A DNA stretch of 64,000 nt from Candidatus Multivoradales bacterium (GCA_965223325.1 CBDCWI010000002.1:4128001-4192000), one strand, 5' to 3'; positions 40,182-48,229 are shown, counted from the stretch's first letter. Numbers and translations: made by a program. The notes: generated from the sequence alone by a model not told the origin.

Positions 40182-41225
40182 TCAAGCGTTCATGAAGGTC
40201 GGGGGGTGGAAGGCTTCGTTGTTCTTGAGCATGAAGTAGACGGCGCGGCCCAGCTTGTGGCGGAGCACGGCGTAGGCCTTGGTCTTGCCGTGCTTGCGCT
40301 TGAGGCGCTCGAGCATCTTCTTGCCGTGAGCCTGGCGCTGAGCGAAGAGCACGGCGGCCTCAGAGAAAGCCCACTTGAGGTGGTGGTTGCCGATCTTGTG
40401 GCGACCGCTGCCGGTTCGCTTGCCTGCAGACTCATGCTGCGGTCGGATCAGCCTGGCGTAGGAGGCAAACTGCTGCACGGTGGGAAACCTCGAGATGTCT
40501 TCGATCTCGTAGAGCATCGTCATGCCGAGGATAGGACCGACGCCGGGAATCGAAGTGAGGCGCGACAGTACGCTTGGATCGTGATCCTTGGCCAGAGCGA
40601 AGAGATGCCTCTCGACATCGGAGATCACCTCGTCGAAGGCCGCGATGAGTCGCTAGTTGGCGTCGATACTTTTCTTCGCTGACGGATCATCGAAGTGATG
40701 GAGGAGATCCGTGCGGTCCGACGGCCTGGCGATCCTGCCGAGCGACGTGTCGCAGTTGTACTGAGTGTTCGAGGTGCGGATGTGGACGAAGAGCTCGGCG
40801 CGCTTGCGTGTGAAGTACTGGCGCCTGCGCAGGAGATCTCTCGCGGCTCTCATCTTCTTGGGATAGGTGTAGGCCATTGGAAAGGTCCCGCCTCGTAGGA
40901 GGGCGGCGAGCTTGTAGGAATCGACCTTGTCGTTCTTGGCCTTGGCGCCGTGGATCGCGCTCATATAGAGGGCGTGGCCAAGCACGAATTCGATTCCCTC
41001 CTCGGCGCAGAGGTCGGCGAGCCAGTACCAGGAGAACATGCACTCGACACCCACGACCAGATCGTCTCGGAAGGGTTCGATGGCCTCGAGGAAGGCATCA
41101 GGCCGAGCGGGGATGTTTCGGTGGTAGATCTTCTCGCCGTCCTCGTCGAGGACGCAGAGGTACATCTTGCGAGCATGCAGATCGACACCGCAGGTGTGGC
41201 GATGACGGCGGTTGTAGAATCGCAT
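40182..41225 (-). pseudogene. IS110-family recombinase with one in-frame TAG (40653-40655)
   Basis: DEDD motifs GVDLH, GVEC, KNDKVD; SIPGVG, ESAGK, GNHHLKWAF; both ORF halves are in the same frame; AAGGAG RBS. Confidence 0.9.
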
Positions 41226-41309
41226 CGAGGTCTCCTTGAAAAGAGTTTCTGTTTTACCGCTCGCAAGCTACCGCGTGGGTAGCTCGCCAGGGGACCTCAA
41301 TGATCTTCA

Positions 41310-41385
41310 ATCGGATGGAGCCGACGAGAACCTGCGCTCGCTTCGCTCGCGGCAGTTCCCGCGGCTCTTCCTCGTTCCGTTGTAC
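41310..41385 (+). repeat. Distal part of the attC split by the IS (R'' GCCCAAC at 39699-39705)
   Basis: GGATGGAGCCG...CGCTCGCTTCGCTCGC...CGGCTCTTCC...GTTGTAC. Confidence 0.88.
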
Positions 41386-41767
41386 TGCGCAGGCACCGCC
41401 TGGGTAGCGGGCAGGGCGTCGCGAGCTCAGAACGTCGCGAGATCGTGGCGGCCGGTTCTGCCGGGCCGTTCGCTTGTGCCGGTCGCGACGTTCCCGCGGG
41501 AACGTCGCAGCGTCGCCCACCGCCCTGCGGTGCAGCTCGGCCGCTTCGGTGTGCTCGTCGGTCAGGGCCAGGCGGGCGCCGTGTTCTTCTCGCAGTCGCT
41601 CGGCGGTGCAAGAATGGGCCGGTACCTGCGCCGTGCAGCTCTCGTCTCTCACCCGGTCGGCGCTACGAAGGCCGGGTCGTTTCGTGGCTCGAGCTTTCTC
41701 GTTGAAGAACGCCGCGAGGATCGGAAGCGAACGTCAGCCAGGGCATCCGAAGAGAGCGCAGTACAAC
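41380..41767. other. ORF-less cassette B (388-bp body), diverged homolog of A
   Basis: TTGTACTGCGC...GCGCAGTACAAC ends; 24-bp perfect palindrome GCGACGTTCCCGCGGGAACGTCGC. Confidence 0.75.
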
Positions 41768-41770
41768 GAC

Positions 41771-42274
41771 GTGGCTGAGATCCGCTGCACGAAGAAGCTG
41801 CTCGGTCGGTTCCAGCAGGAGCGTGGAGTGCAAGTCAGCGGCGGCGCCGCTCTAGGCAACTGGGTCGCGAACATCGTTCCCGTCTTCGGGGGTGAGGTTG
41901 TACTTGCGCTGAACGAGCTTTACTTGCTCACGCTCGTCCTGCCCTCCGATCGGCTCGAGAGACTTCCGGAGACGGTCGGTGCCGAGGCGTCCAAGGTGCT
42001 TCTTACGGCCGGCGCTCCACCGGCCTTTGCCGGCGCGGTCCAAGCTGAGGCTGCCAGCGCCTTGATCGCGCAGAACAGAAGTCGGCACTTCGTTGGTTTG
42101 CTGAACCAGGTCTCGGCGGCCGTGCAAGAGTGGGCAGAGCTTCCGTCACCCTTCCTTATTCGCAACCAGGCTGAGATGGAGAACCGGCTCCTGGGTTGGC
42201 TCTACGGGCCACATCCGAACTACCGCCACCCCAAGGACGAGATCGCCAGAGCAATCGAGCGCTTCCGTGAGTAG
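41771..42274 (+). CDS. DUF6933-like cassette protein
   Basis: IRCTKKLL...LGNWVAN...NE..LLTLV...RHFVGLLN. Confidence 0.6.
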   Translation: MAEIRCTKKLLGRFQQERGVQVSGGAALGNWVANIVPVFGGEVVLALNELYLLTLVLPSDRLERLPETVGAEASKVLLTAGAPPAFAGAVQAEAASALIAQNRSRHFVGLLNQVSAAVQEWAELPSPFLIRNQAEMENRLLGWLYGPHPNYRHPKDEIARAIERFRE

Positions 42275-42277
42275 GCA

Positions 42278-42360
42278 GGACAACCACCCGGTCAACTCGA
42301 CATGAACCCGCGTCCGCTTCGCTCCCGCGTGTCCATGCGAGTTACAATTGCCCGTTAGCC
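42278..42360 (+). repeat. attC site, closely related to attC 38478
   Basis: GGACAAC-cacc-CGGTCAACTCGACATGAAC...CATGCGAGTTAC...GTTAGCC. Confidence 0.85.
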
Positions 42361-42365
42361 AGTGC

Positions 42366-42443
42366 AGGCGACGCGATACAGCCACGAACCCCGGCTCGCT
42401 GCGCTCGCTCGGGCTTCGTGCTGCTGAGCCTTGTCCGCTGGGC
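42366..42443 (+). repeat. Degenerate attC directly after another attC
   Basis: Retains CACGAACCCCGG-CTCGCTGCGCTCGC-TCGGGCTTCGTG; R'' lost, R' reads GCTGGGC. Confidence 0.7.
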
Positions 42444-42454
42444 CGCACCTGGTG

Positions 42455-42475
42455 GTAGCATGGTATCCGTGCTAT
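42455..42475 (+). promoter_or_regulatory. Likely HigA operator/promoter inverted repeat
   Basis: TAGCATGG-tat-CCGTGCTA immediately upstream of higB. Confidence 0.5.
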
Positions 42476-42484
42476 CATGTTTGC

Positions 42485-42781
42485 GTGATTCGGTCGTTCG
42501 CAGACGCCGGTACTGAGGACATCTTCAACGGTCGGAACACTCGGGCCGCAAGGAAGTCGTGCCCGCGCAACCTTTGGAACGTGGCCGCGCGCAAGCTGGA
42601 ACAGATCGACGCCGCTGAGGAGTTCGACGATCTGCGAGTCCCACCGGGAAACAGGCTAGAGGCGCTGTCAAGAGACCGAAAGGGACAGTTCAGTATCCGA
42701 GTCAACTCTCAGTACCGCATCTGTTTCGTCTGGACTCCGTCCGGCCCGGACGAAGTGGAGATCGTCGACTACCACCGCTAG
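42485..42781 (+). CDS. higB: HigB toxin (RelE superfamily)
   Basis: IRSF.D..TE, DLRVPPGNRLEAL, QFSIRVNSQYRICF, EIVDYH. Confidence 0.92.
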   Translation: MIRSFADAGTEDIFNGRNTRAARKSCPRNLWNVAARKLEQIDAAEEFDDLRVPPGNRLEALSRDRKGQFSIRVNSQYRICFVWTPSGPDEVEIVDYHR

Positions 42782-42789
42782 AGGTCGCC

Positions 42790-43104
42790 ATGGTTCGCAT
42801 TCCCACTCACCGCACCCCAACTCATCCCGGCGTTATGCTGCTCGAGGACTTCCTCGAACCGATGGGCATCTCGCAGCGCGAACTGGCCGATGGGATTCGC
42901 GTTCCGTACCAGCGGGTCAACGAGCTGGTGAACGGGAAGCGTGGCGTCACGCCTGCCACCGCCCTGCGCCTGGGGAAGTTCTTCGGCATGAGTGCGGGGT
43001 TCTGGATGAACCTTCAACTTCGGTGGGACCTCTTTCACGCCCAGCGATCCGAGGGTGAGGCTCTCAGGAAGATCCGCCAGGTAAAGGTAACCGTGGAGGC
43101 CTGA
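42790..43104 (+). CDS. higA: HigA antitoxin (HTH-XRE)
   Basis: PTHPG.ML.EDFL.P, NGKRGVT..TALRL, FWMNLQ. Confidence 0.93.
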   Translation: MVRIPTHRTPTHPGVMLLEDFLEPMGISQRELADGIRVPYQRVNELVNGKRGVTPATALRLGKFFGMSAGFWMNLQLRWDLFHAQRSEGEALRKIRQVKVTVEA

Positions 43105-43122
43105 GGTGGGCACGGCCCAACA

Positions 43123-43598
43123 CCGATGAGGTCCCCTGACGTCAAGCGGCAAACGTTTCCTAGCGGACGAGGTCCGTAACGGTTTTCGATCAGATTTCGA
43201 TATCTGGCTTTGGTTTCAGAGCGGGTGCGAGGCGAAGCCTCTGCACCAAACACCTATTGGGCCTCTGCCCTCGCTTTCGCGACGACTGCTGGCCTGGGCC
43301 AGCGGACCAGAAACACATCGGTGCCCTCGTACCGTCCGATTCAAACCGTGCTGGTCACGCCGGTGGCGTGCCGGAGTTGGTTGCCTGGTTCGGGTGAGGG
43401 GCAGATGTCGAGATCGACCGAATGCTGGCAGGTGAGTGGGAAGCCTCGTCCATTCAACCGGTCTGGCTGCCGGCTCAGATGTCTCAGGGCGCGTTGGGTG
43501 TCGATGCACCAGGAGCGGGTACTCCGATGAAGCGCGATGGATGAGGTCGGGCCGTGTGGCTCCAATTAGGCGGAGGGCTCGAGGCTTCCGACTCGGAG
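43123..43598 (-). mobile_element. Transposase-less IS1111 right end (bridge-RNA module) inserted in an attC
   Basis: Colinear, highly similar copy of 39707-40180, again right after GCCCAA-CA; similarity stops where the tnp stop codon would be. Confidence 0.88.
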
Positions 43599-43692
43599 TT
43601 CCACCCATCGCGGTGCTTGCTACGATGAAATCCGTGCGCTTCACGGCTTCTGACAAGACGCTTCACACGACCCGGCCGAGGCGTTAGGCCCC

Positions 43693-44124
43693 GTGCAGGA
43701 CCATGGCATCCGGCTGGCCGTTAAGAAGGACCTGGCGGCGCTAGTCGATGTCGACCCCATGGCTCGCGACGATGGTGGCCGAGGAGAGCTGGTCCGTGGC
43801 GCGATCGAAGCGCAACGGGCCTGGATTCTCGAGGTCTCGCTCTGCCCCGTTGGGTACGGAATCATCTCCCACGACTTCTTTGGCCGATCGTTCCTGGACC
43901 TGATCTTGATTGCGGAATCTCAACGCTCAAAGGGATACGGGCCGCGCTTGATTGCTTTCCTCGAAGGCCTCTCCCGATCCAACGACCTGTTCACCTCGAC
44001 CAACCAGTCCAATTCACACATGCGGCACGTTCTCGAGAAACTCGGCTACGAGCGATCGGGGATCATTCACAATCTTGACCCTGACGACCCGGAGATCGTG
44101 TACGTCAAACGTGTTGAGTGTTGA
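43693..44124 (+). CDS. GNAT-family N-acetyltransferase (cassette-like; follows GTTAGGC at 43683)
   Basis: QRSKGYG motif A, STNQSN..M, EKLGY, LDPDDPE. Confidence 0.85.
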   Translation: MQDHGIRLAVKKDLAALVDVDPMARDDGGRGELVRGAIEAQRAWILEVSLCPVGYGIISHDFFGRSFLDLILIAESQRSKGYGPRLIAFLEGLSRSNDLFTSTNQSNSHMRHVLEKLGYERSGIIHNLDPDDPEIVYVKRVEC

Positions 44125-44279
44125 GCATGCCCGGTAAGGCGGCCCGCGTGCGCCCTGTGACGCCGTAGGGCCCCGGACGTCTGTGTGACCTCCGGTGCCG
44201 CGGCGCCCTCCTGCTACGCGGAGTAGCATGACGAACACGGCGTGACTCGTTCGACCACGCCCAAACGAAGGACCTCGAG

Positions 44280-46085
44280 ATGAACCGACGATGCTGCGTT
44301 GTAGCGGCGGCGCTCTGCACCGCGGTCGCCATGGCGGCCTCCGGCCAGGAGGCGAGTGAGCGACAGGCGTTCTTTGGCGACCTGCACATCCACACCAACT
44401 ACTCGTTCGACGCCTTCACCGGCAATGTGCGTACGACCCCGGACGATGCCTACCTGTACGCCAAGGGGCAGCCCATTGCACACCCTTCGGGCGACGCGAT
44501 TCGCATCACCGGCCGACCGCTCGACTTCTTGATGGTTGCTGACCACGCGGAGTACCTTGGCATTCACGCCGCCCTGCTTGACCCGACCAGCCCGACCTAC
44601 GGTCATCCGGAGACCGACTCGGTGCTTCCCAGGCCGGGAACGACATTCATGGCAACTGCTCGCCGGCTGAACGAACTGATCACCTCCGGTCACGAGATCG
44701 TCAGAGATGAGGTGATCGCTGACGCCTGGACCAAGACCATCGAAGCCGCTGAGCGGCACAACGACCCCGGAACGTTCACCACCTTTGTCGGCTTCGAGTA
44801 CACGCCAACCCCCGACGCGCGTCATTTGCACCGCAATGTCGTCTTTCGCAGCTCGGATGTGCCTGAGATGCCGTTCTCGGCGCGCGACTCAGGCAATCCA
44901 GAAGATCTTTGGACGTGGCTCGACGCGCGCCGCGCCGAAGGTATCGAAGCCTTGGCCATTCCGCACAATATGAACCAGAGCGACGGGCTCGCTTTCCAGC
45001 AACAGACCTTCGGCGGCAAGCCGATCGATCGCGACTGGGCGGAGAAGCGGATGCGCAATGAGCCCGTCGCCGAGATCAGTCAGCAGAAGGGCACTTCGGA
45101 AACGCACCCGTCGCTATCGCCGAACGACGAGTGGGCTGACTTCCAGATCGTCCAGTACTATCGGAATCGCGCCGAGAACAAGGATCCGATCTCGGTCTTC
45201 AAGGGTGGCTACTACCGCGACGCGCTCCGTGTGGGTCTCGAGTTCGAGGAGAAGCTCGGTGCCAACCCGTACCAACTCGGCGTCGTTGCCGCCAGCGACA
45301 GCCACACGTCGGCTGCCGCCTACGAGGAAGACAACTACTTCAGCAATCCCAACTCGCCCGCGGCGCGCGGTTCCTCCTACCGGGGAGAGGACGGAAGCTG
45401 GGACGGCTTCTTCACGCCTCGCCAGGCGACGCATGGCACAGGCGGTCTCACTGGGGTCTGGGCCGAAGAGAACAGCCGCGCCGCGATTTACGACGCCATG
45501 CGCCGGAAGGAGTCCTTCGGCACTTCGGGGCCGCGTATCCGCGTGCGGATGTTCGGCGGCTTCGGTCTGGACCGGGCGCTCCGCGGCTCAGCCGATCCGG
45601 TCGCCGAGGCCTACCAGGGCGGTGTTCCCATGGGCGGCGTGCTGCCGGCGAATGGGTCTGGCGCGCCGAGCTTCCTAGTCTGGGCCATGCGCGATCCCGA
45701 GACCGGCTGGTTACAGCGCGCGCAAGTGATCAAGGGGTGGGTGGACGAGGGCGAATCGCACGAGCGGGTCTATGACGTCGCGTGCAGCGACGGCCTCGAG
45801 CCGGACCCCAGGACGCACCGCTGCCCTGACAATGGCGCCCGCGTGAATCTGGCGGACTGCTCGGTGAGCCGTGACAAGGGCGCCGTGGAGTTGCGGACGG
45901 TGTGGACCGACCCCGACTTCGATGCTTCGGAGCGCGCCTTCTATTACGTTCGTGTGCTCGAGAACCCGAGTTGCCGCTGGTCGATGTGGGACGCTCTGCG
46001 CTCCGGCATCGAGCCCAACCCCGATCTCCCCACCACGCATCAGGAACGTGCCTGGAGCTCGCCGATCTGGTACCAGCCCGAGTAG
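44280..46085 (+). CDS. DUF3604 (PHP-like) secreted protein
   Basis: FGDLHIHT.YSFDA, DFLMVADH, LHRNV, IPHN, QERAWSSPIWY. Confidence 0.88.
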   Translation: MNRRCCVVAAALCTAVAMAASGQEASERQAFFGDLHIHTNYSFDAFTGNVRTTPDDAYLYAKGQPIAHPSGDAIRITGRPLDFLMVADHAEYLGIHAALLDPTSPTYGHPETDSVLPRPGTTFMATARRLNELITSGHEIVRDEVIADAWTKTIEAAERHNDPGTFTTFVGFEYTPTPDARHLHRNVVFRSSDVPEMPFSARDSGNPEDLWTWLDARRAEGIEALAIPHNMNQSDGLAFQQQTFGGKPIDRDWAEKRMRNEPVAEISQQKGTSETHPSLSPNDEWADFQIVQYYRNRAENKDPISVFKGGYYRDALRVGLEFEEKLGANPYQLGVVAASDSHTSAAAYEEDNYFSNPNSPAARGSSYRGEDGSWDGFFTPRQATHGTGGLTGVWAEENSRAAIYDAMRRKESFGTSGPRIRVRMFGGFGLDRALRGSADPVAEAYQGGVPMGGVLPANGSGAPSFLVWAMRDPETGWLQRAQVIKGWVDEGESHERVYDVACSDGLEPDPRTHRCPDNGARVNLADCSVSRDKGAVELRTVWTDPDFDASERAFYYVRVLENPSCRWSMWDALRSGIEPNPDLPTTHQERAWSSPIWYQPE

Positions 46086-46212
46086 TTAGTGTGAGGAGCG
46101 CCGCACTACGAAGCGCGTCAACACGGACGGGCCATCGATCAACCGCCCGCTTGGCTTGGGCGTCGTGACCTCCGGCAAGAGCATCAGCGCCGCTCTCGAG
46201 GCGCTCAAGGCC

Positions 46213-46400
46213 ATGGCCGTGCCGATAGGAGGCGAGTGTTCGTGTGGGCAAGCCCGCTACGTCTCTTCGCGTCCCGTCTGGAGCTGCAATCGCCATTGCC
46301 GAGCCTGCCAGCTCGCCAGCGGCGCCCCGTTCGTGAGCGCGTTCAGCGTGTCGTCATCTTCCTTCAAACTCGTCTCCGGAACCTTGGGCGTGCATCGGCG
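46213..46400 (+). pseudogene. Truncated GFA/CENP-V (Mss4-like) protein fragment
   Basis: GECSCG..RY...HCRACQ..SG N-terminus; second CxxC half missing. Confidence 0.55.
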
Positions 46401-46541
46401 CCGTTGGTCCGGTTGGATCCCGCCCTACTCGTTTTCAGCAAGATGCCAGAGCTTTCCCAGACTGAGACGAGGCCCACACAATGAGAAGGCAGCCCAACAG
46501 GCAAGAGCTCAGCCCGGTCGCTCGAGCGAGGTGCGGACGCT

Positions 46542-47108
46542 GTGACGACTGAAAAAGCCTGCGAGCTCATGCGATCTGCATGGGCGATGCGGCGCGCGTC
46601 ATTCGACGTCTCGCCGGCAAAGAGAAGGGCAGCGTTGACGAAGGCGAGGGAGGAGTTGACAACTGCCGTTTCGCTATGTCGTGACTACGGCTCACAGGTC
46701 TCCTACGCGCAAGCCGTGCACCTACTCGCCAACGTCGAGCTCGACTTAGGACGCGAGTGCGAGGCCCTATTGCTATGGAAGGAAGCGGTCAGCGTCCTTC
46801 GAAGGAGCGACGATGTTCTTCAGCTCGCGCACAAAGTGCGGCATCTCGGAGACTTGCACCGGCAGTGCGGTCGCCTCGACGAGGCCGAGTCTTGTTACTC
46901 CGAAGTGCTGGCACTTTACCGTGAGCACGACAGTCCTGGAAGTTTGGACTTCGCAAATGCGGTCCGCCGCATGGCAGACCTGAAAGAGCGAGGCGGAGAC
47001 AGTTCAGAGGCGCTCGCCCTGTGGCGAGAGACTCGCGAGCTCTATGCCGCCGTCGGCGTGGTGCCCGGGGTTGAAGAGGCTGAACGCCACATAGAGCGCT
47101 TGACTTGA
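46542..47108 (+). CDS. TPR-containing protein
   Basis: Repeated LG.L....G..EA...Y.E.L helices. Confidence 0.7.
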   Translation: MTTEKACELMRSAWAMRRASFDVSPAKRRAALTKAREELTTAVSLCRDYGSQVSYAQAVHLLANVELDLGRECEALLLWKEAVSVLRRSDDVLQLAHKVRHLGDLHRQCGRLDEAESCYSEVLALYREHDSPGSLDFANAVRRMADLKERGGDSSEALALWRETRELYAAVGVVPGVEEAERHIERLT

Positions 47109-47112
47109 TGAA

Positions 47113-48087
47113 CTACCTCTTGCGGGCCAGCAGTCGGAAGACGTTTCGATCGATCCATCGCTCGGCGCGTTCATGATCGGGGAAGCGTCGTTCGAGGGCG
47201 CGGAAGGCTGGTGGGTGCACGCAGCGGCGACCTCCCTGTTTCTGGGTAGGTATGACGACATGGAGAAGCTCGTGCCATACCACCGCCGCGACGACGTATT
47301 CAGGAACCGCTGGTTGATCGAGAATGGGATGAATACGGATAACGCCGTCACTCGGAATGAAGGCTCCGAGTTGCACGCTGCGGATGCGGCGCGAGCGGCG
47401 CGTTCTCCCACGTCCCCAGCCGATGGGGATTTCGGCTAGCCGTTCCCGGAGCTCTCTGTCAGCGTTGGTCTGGGAGTCCTCGGAACCGGCACCGGGCCGA
47501 GACCGATCGCGGGAGACCTCGTGCGACAGAAGGTCGAGCAGGTTGGCGCGAATCTCGTCGAGGTGGTGGGTCCGGCCTCGTGCCTCCAGCACAACGGTGC
47601 GGGCCCTGCTCACCAGGCCTTCTGCGGCGATGCGCTCTTCGTCCGTTACTGCCTTTTCGAAGAACTGCTGCACAGAGATGTGGTCCCGCTTGCTGGCTCC
47701 TCCCGTCACGATCGCAACCAGCGCCGCCAGGGTGTCGTCTTCGCATTCGGCAAAGAGTCGTTGGGCGCGCACGTCGATCGTGCGGCGCAGTCTCCGAATC
47801 CTGGACTGCCCGGGCGTGTAGCGGGCCGAAATCAGAGTCGACCGGTTGCGGGTCAGGGTCAGCCTGCCGAGACGTCCACCGAGGGCCTGACGGAGGCGTG
47901 CCTCGAAGTCGCGCTCGATCTGGCGCCGGTTGCGTGCCCGTTCGATGCGCGCTACTGGATCGTCCTCAGATCGTATGGCGGGCACCTCCACCCACAGATC
48001 GAGTTCGAGCTGCTCTCCGGCCGCAGAACTCCCGGTCTCGCGCCAGCGATCGGTGTCTTCTGCCGTTCCTTCCTGCGAATTCGGCAT
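47113..48087 (-). CDS. SprT/YgjP-like zinc metallopeptidase-domain protein
   Basis: IRIHP.LD...VP.YV..VVWHELLH...H...F. Confidence 0.78.
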   Translation of the reverse strand: MPNSQEGTAEDTDRWRETGSSAAGEQLELDLWVEVPAIRSEDDPVARIERARNRRQIERDFEARLRQALGGRLGRLTLTRNRSTLISARYTPGQSRIRRLRRTIDVRAQRLFAECEDDTLAALVAIVTGGASKRDHISVQQFFEKAVTDEERIAAEGLVSRARTVVLEARGRTHHLDEIRANLLDLLSHEVSRDRSRPGAGSEDSQTNADRELRERLAEIPIGWGRGRTRRSRRIRSVQLGAFIPSDGVIRIHPILDQPAVPEYVVAAVVWHELLHVVIPTQKQGGRRCVHPPAFRALERRFPDHERAERWIDRNVFRLLARKR

Positions 48088-48229
48088 TCGTCGAGCGATC
48101 TCCAGCGGAAGTAGAGGGTGGACGGTCTTTGGAGGCGCCTCCGATCCTACAGGGCCGTTGGCTTCGAGAACACGAGGGATAGAAGGCGCTTCGGCAGCCG
48201 AAACAGGGGTGCTAACCTTCGCTCCGATC

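Larger units (their letters stand above)
39707..41309 (-). mobile_element. IS110-family (IS1111 group) element inserted in an attC site
   Basis: Subterminal IRs TGAGGTCCCCTG (39711) and CAGGGGACCTCA (41288); CA core at both junctions; removing it restores GCCCAACAATCGGATGGAGCCG; long non-coding end downstream of tnp. Confidence 0.92.
31555..44124 (+). mobile_element. Integron gene-cassette array with no intact intI in the window (CALIN or sedentary-integron remnant)
   Basis: Co-oriented short ORFs separated by 80-87 bp imperfect palindromes xxxxAAC...GTTxxxx; each cassette's 5' end is complementary to its own R''. Confidence 0.93.

Noticed and set aside
39794-40239. ORFs inside the IS non-coding end and its copy at 43210-43687
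   Set aside because: The frames are broken by indels between the two copies while the stems are largely kept.
40653-40655. Pyrrolysine or programmed readthrough in the transposase
   Set aside because: No pyl genes or supporting signal were seen; a point mutation is simpler.
32151-42443. CRISPR or REP interpretation of the CGCTCGCTTCGCTCGC repeats
   Set aside because: The repeats are 80-87 bp with AAC/GTT cores and gene-sized intervals; this is attC architecture.
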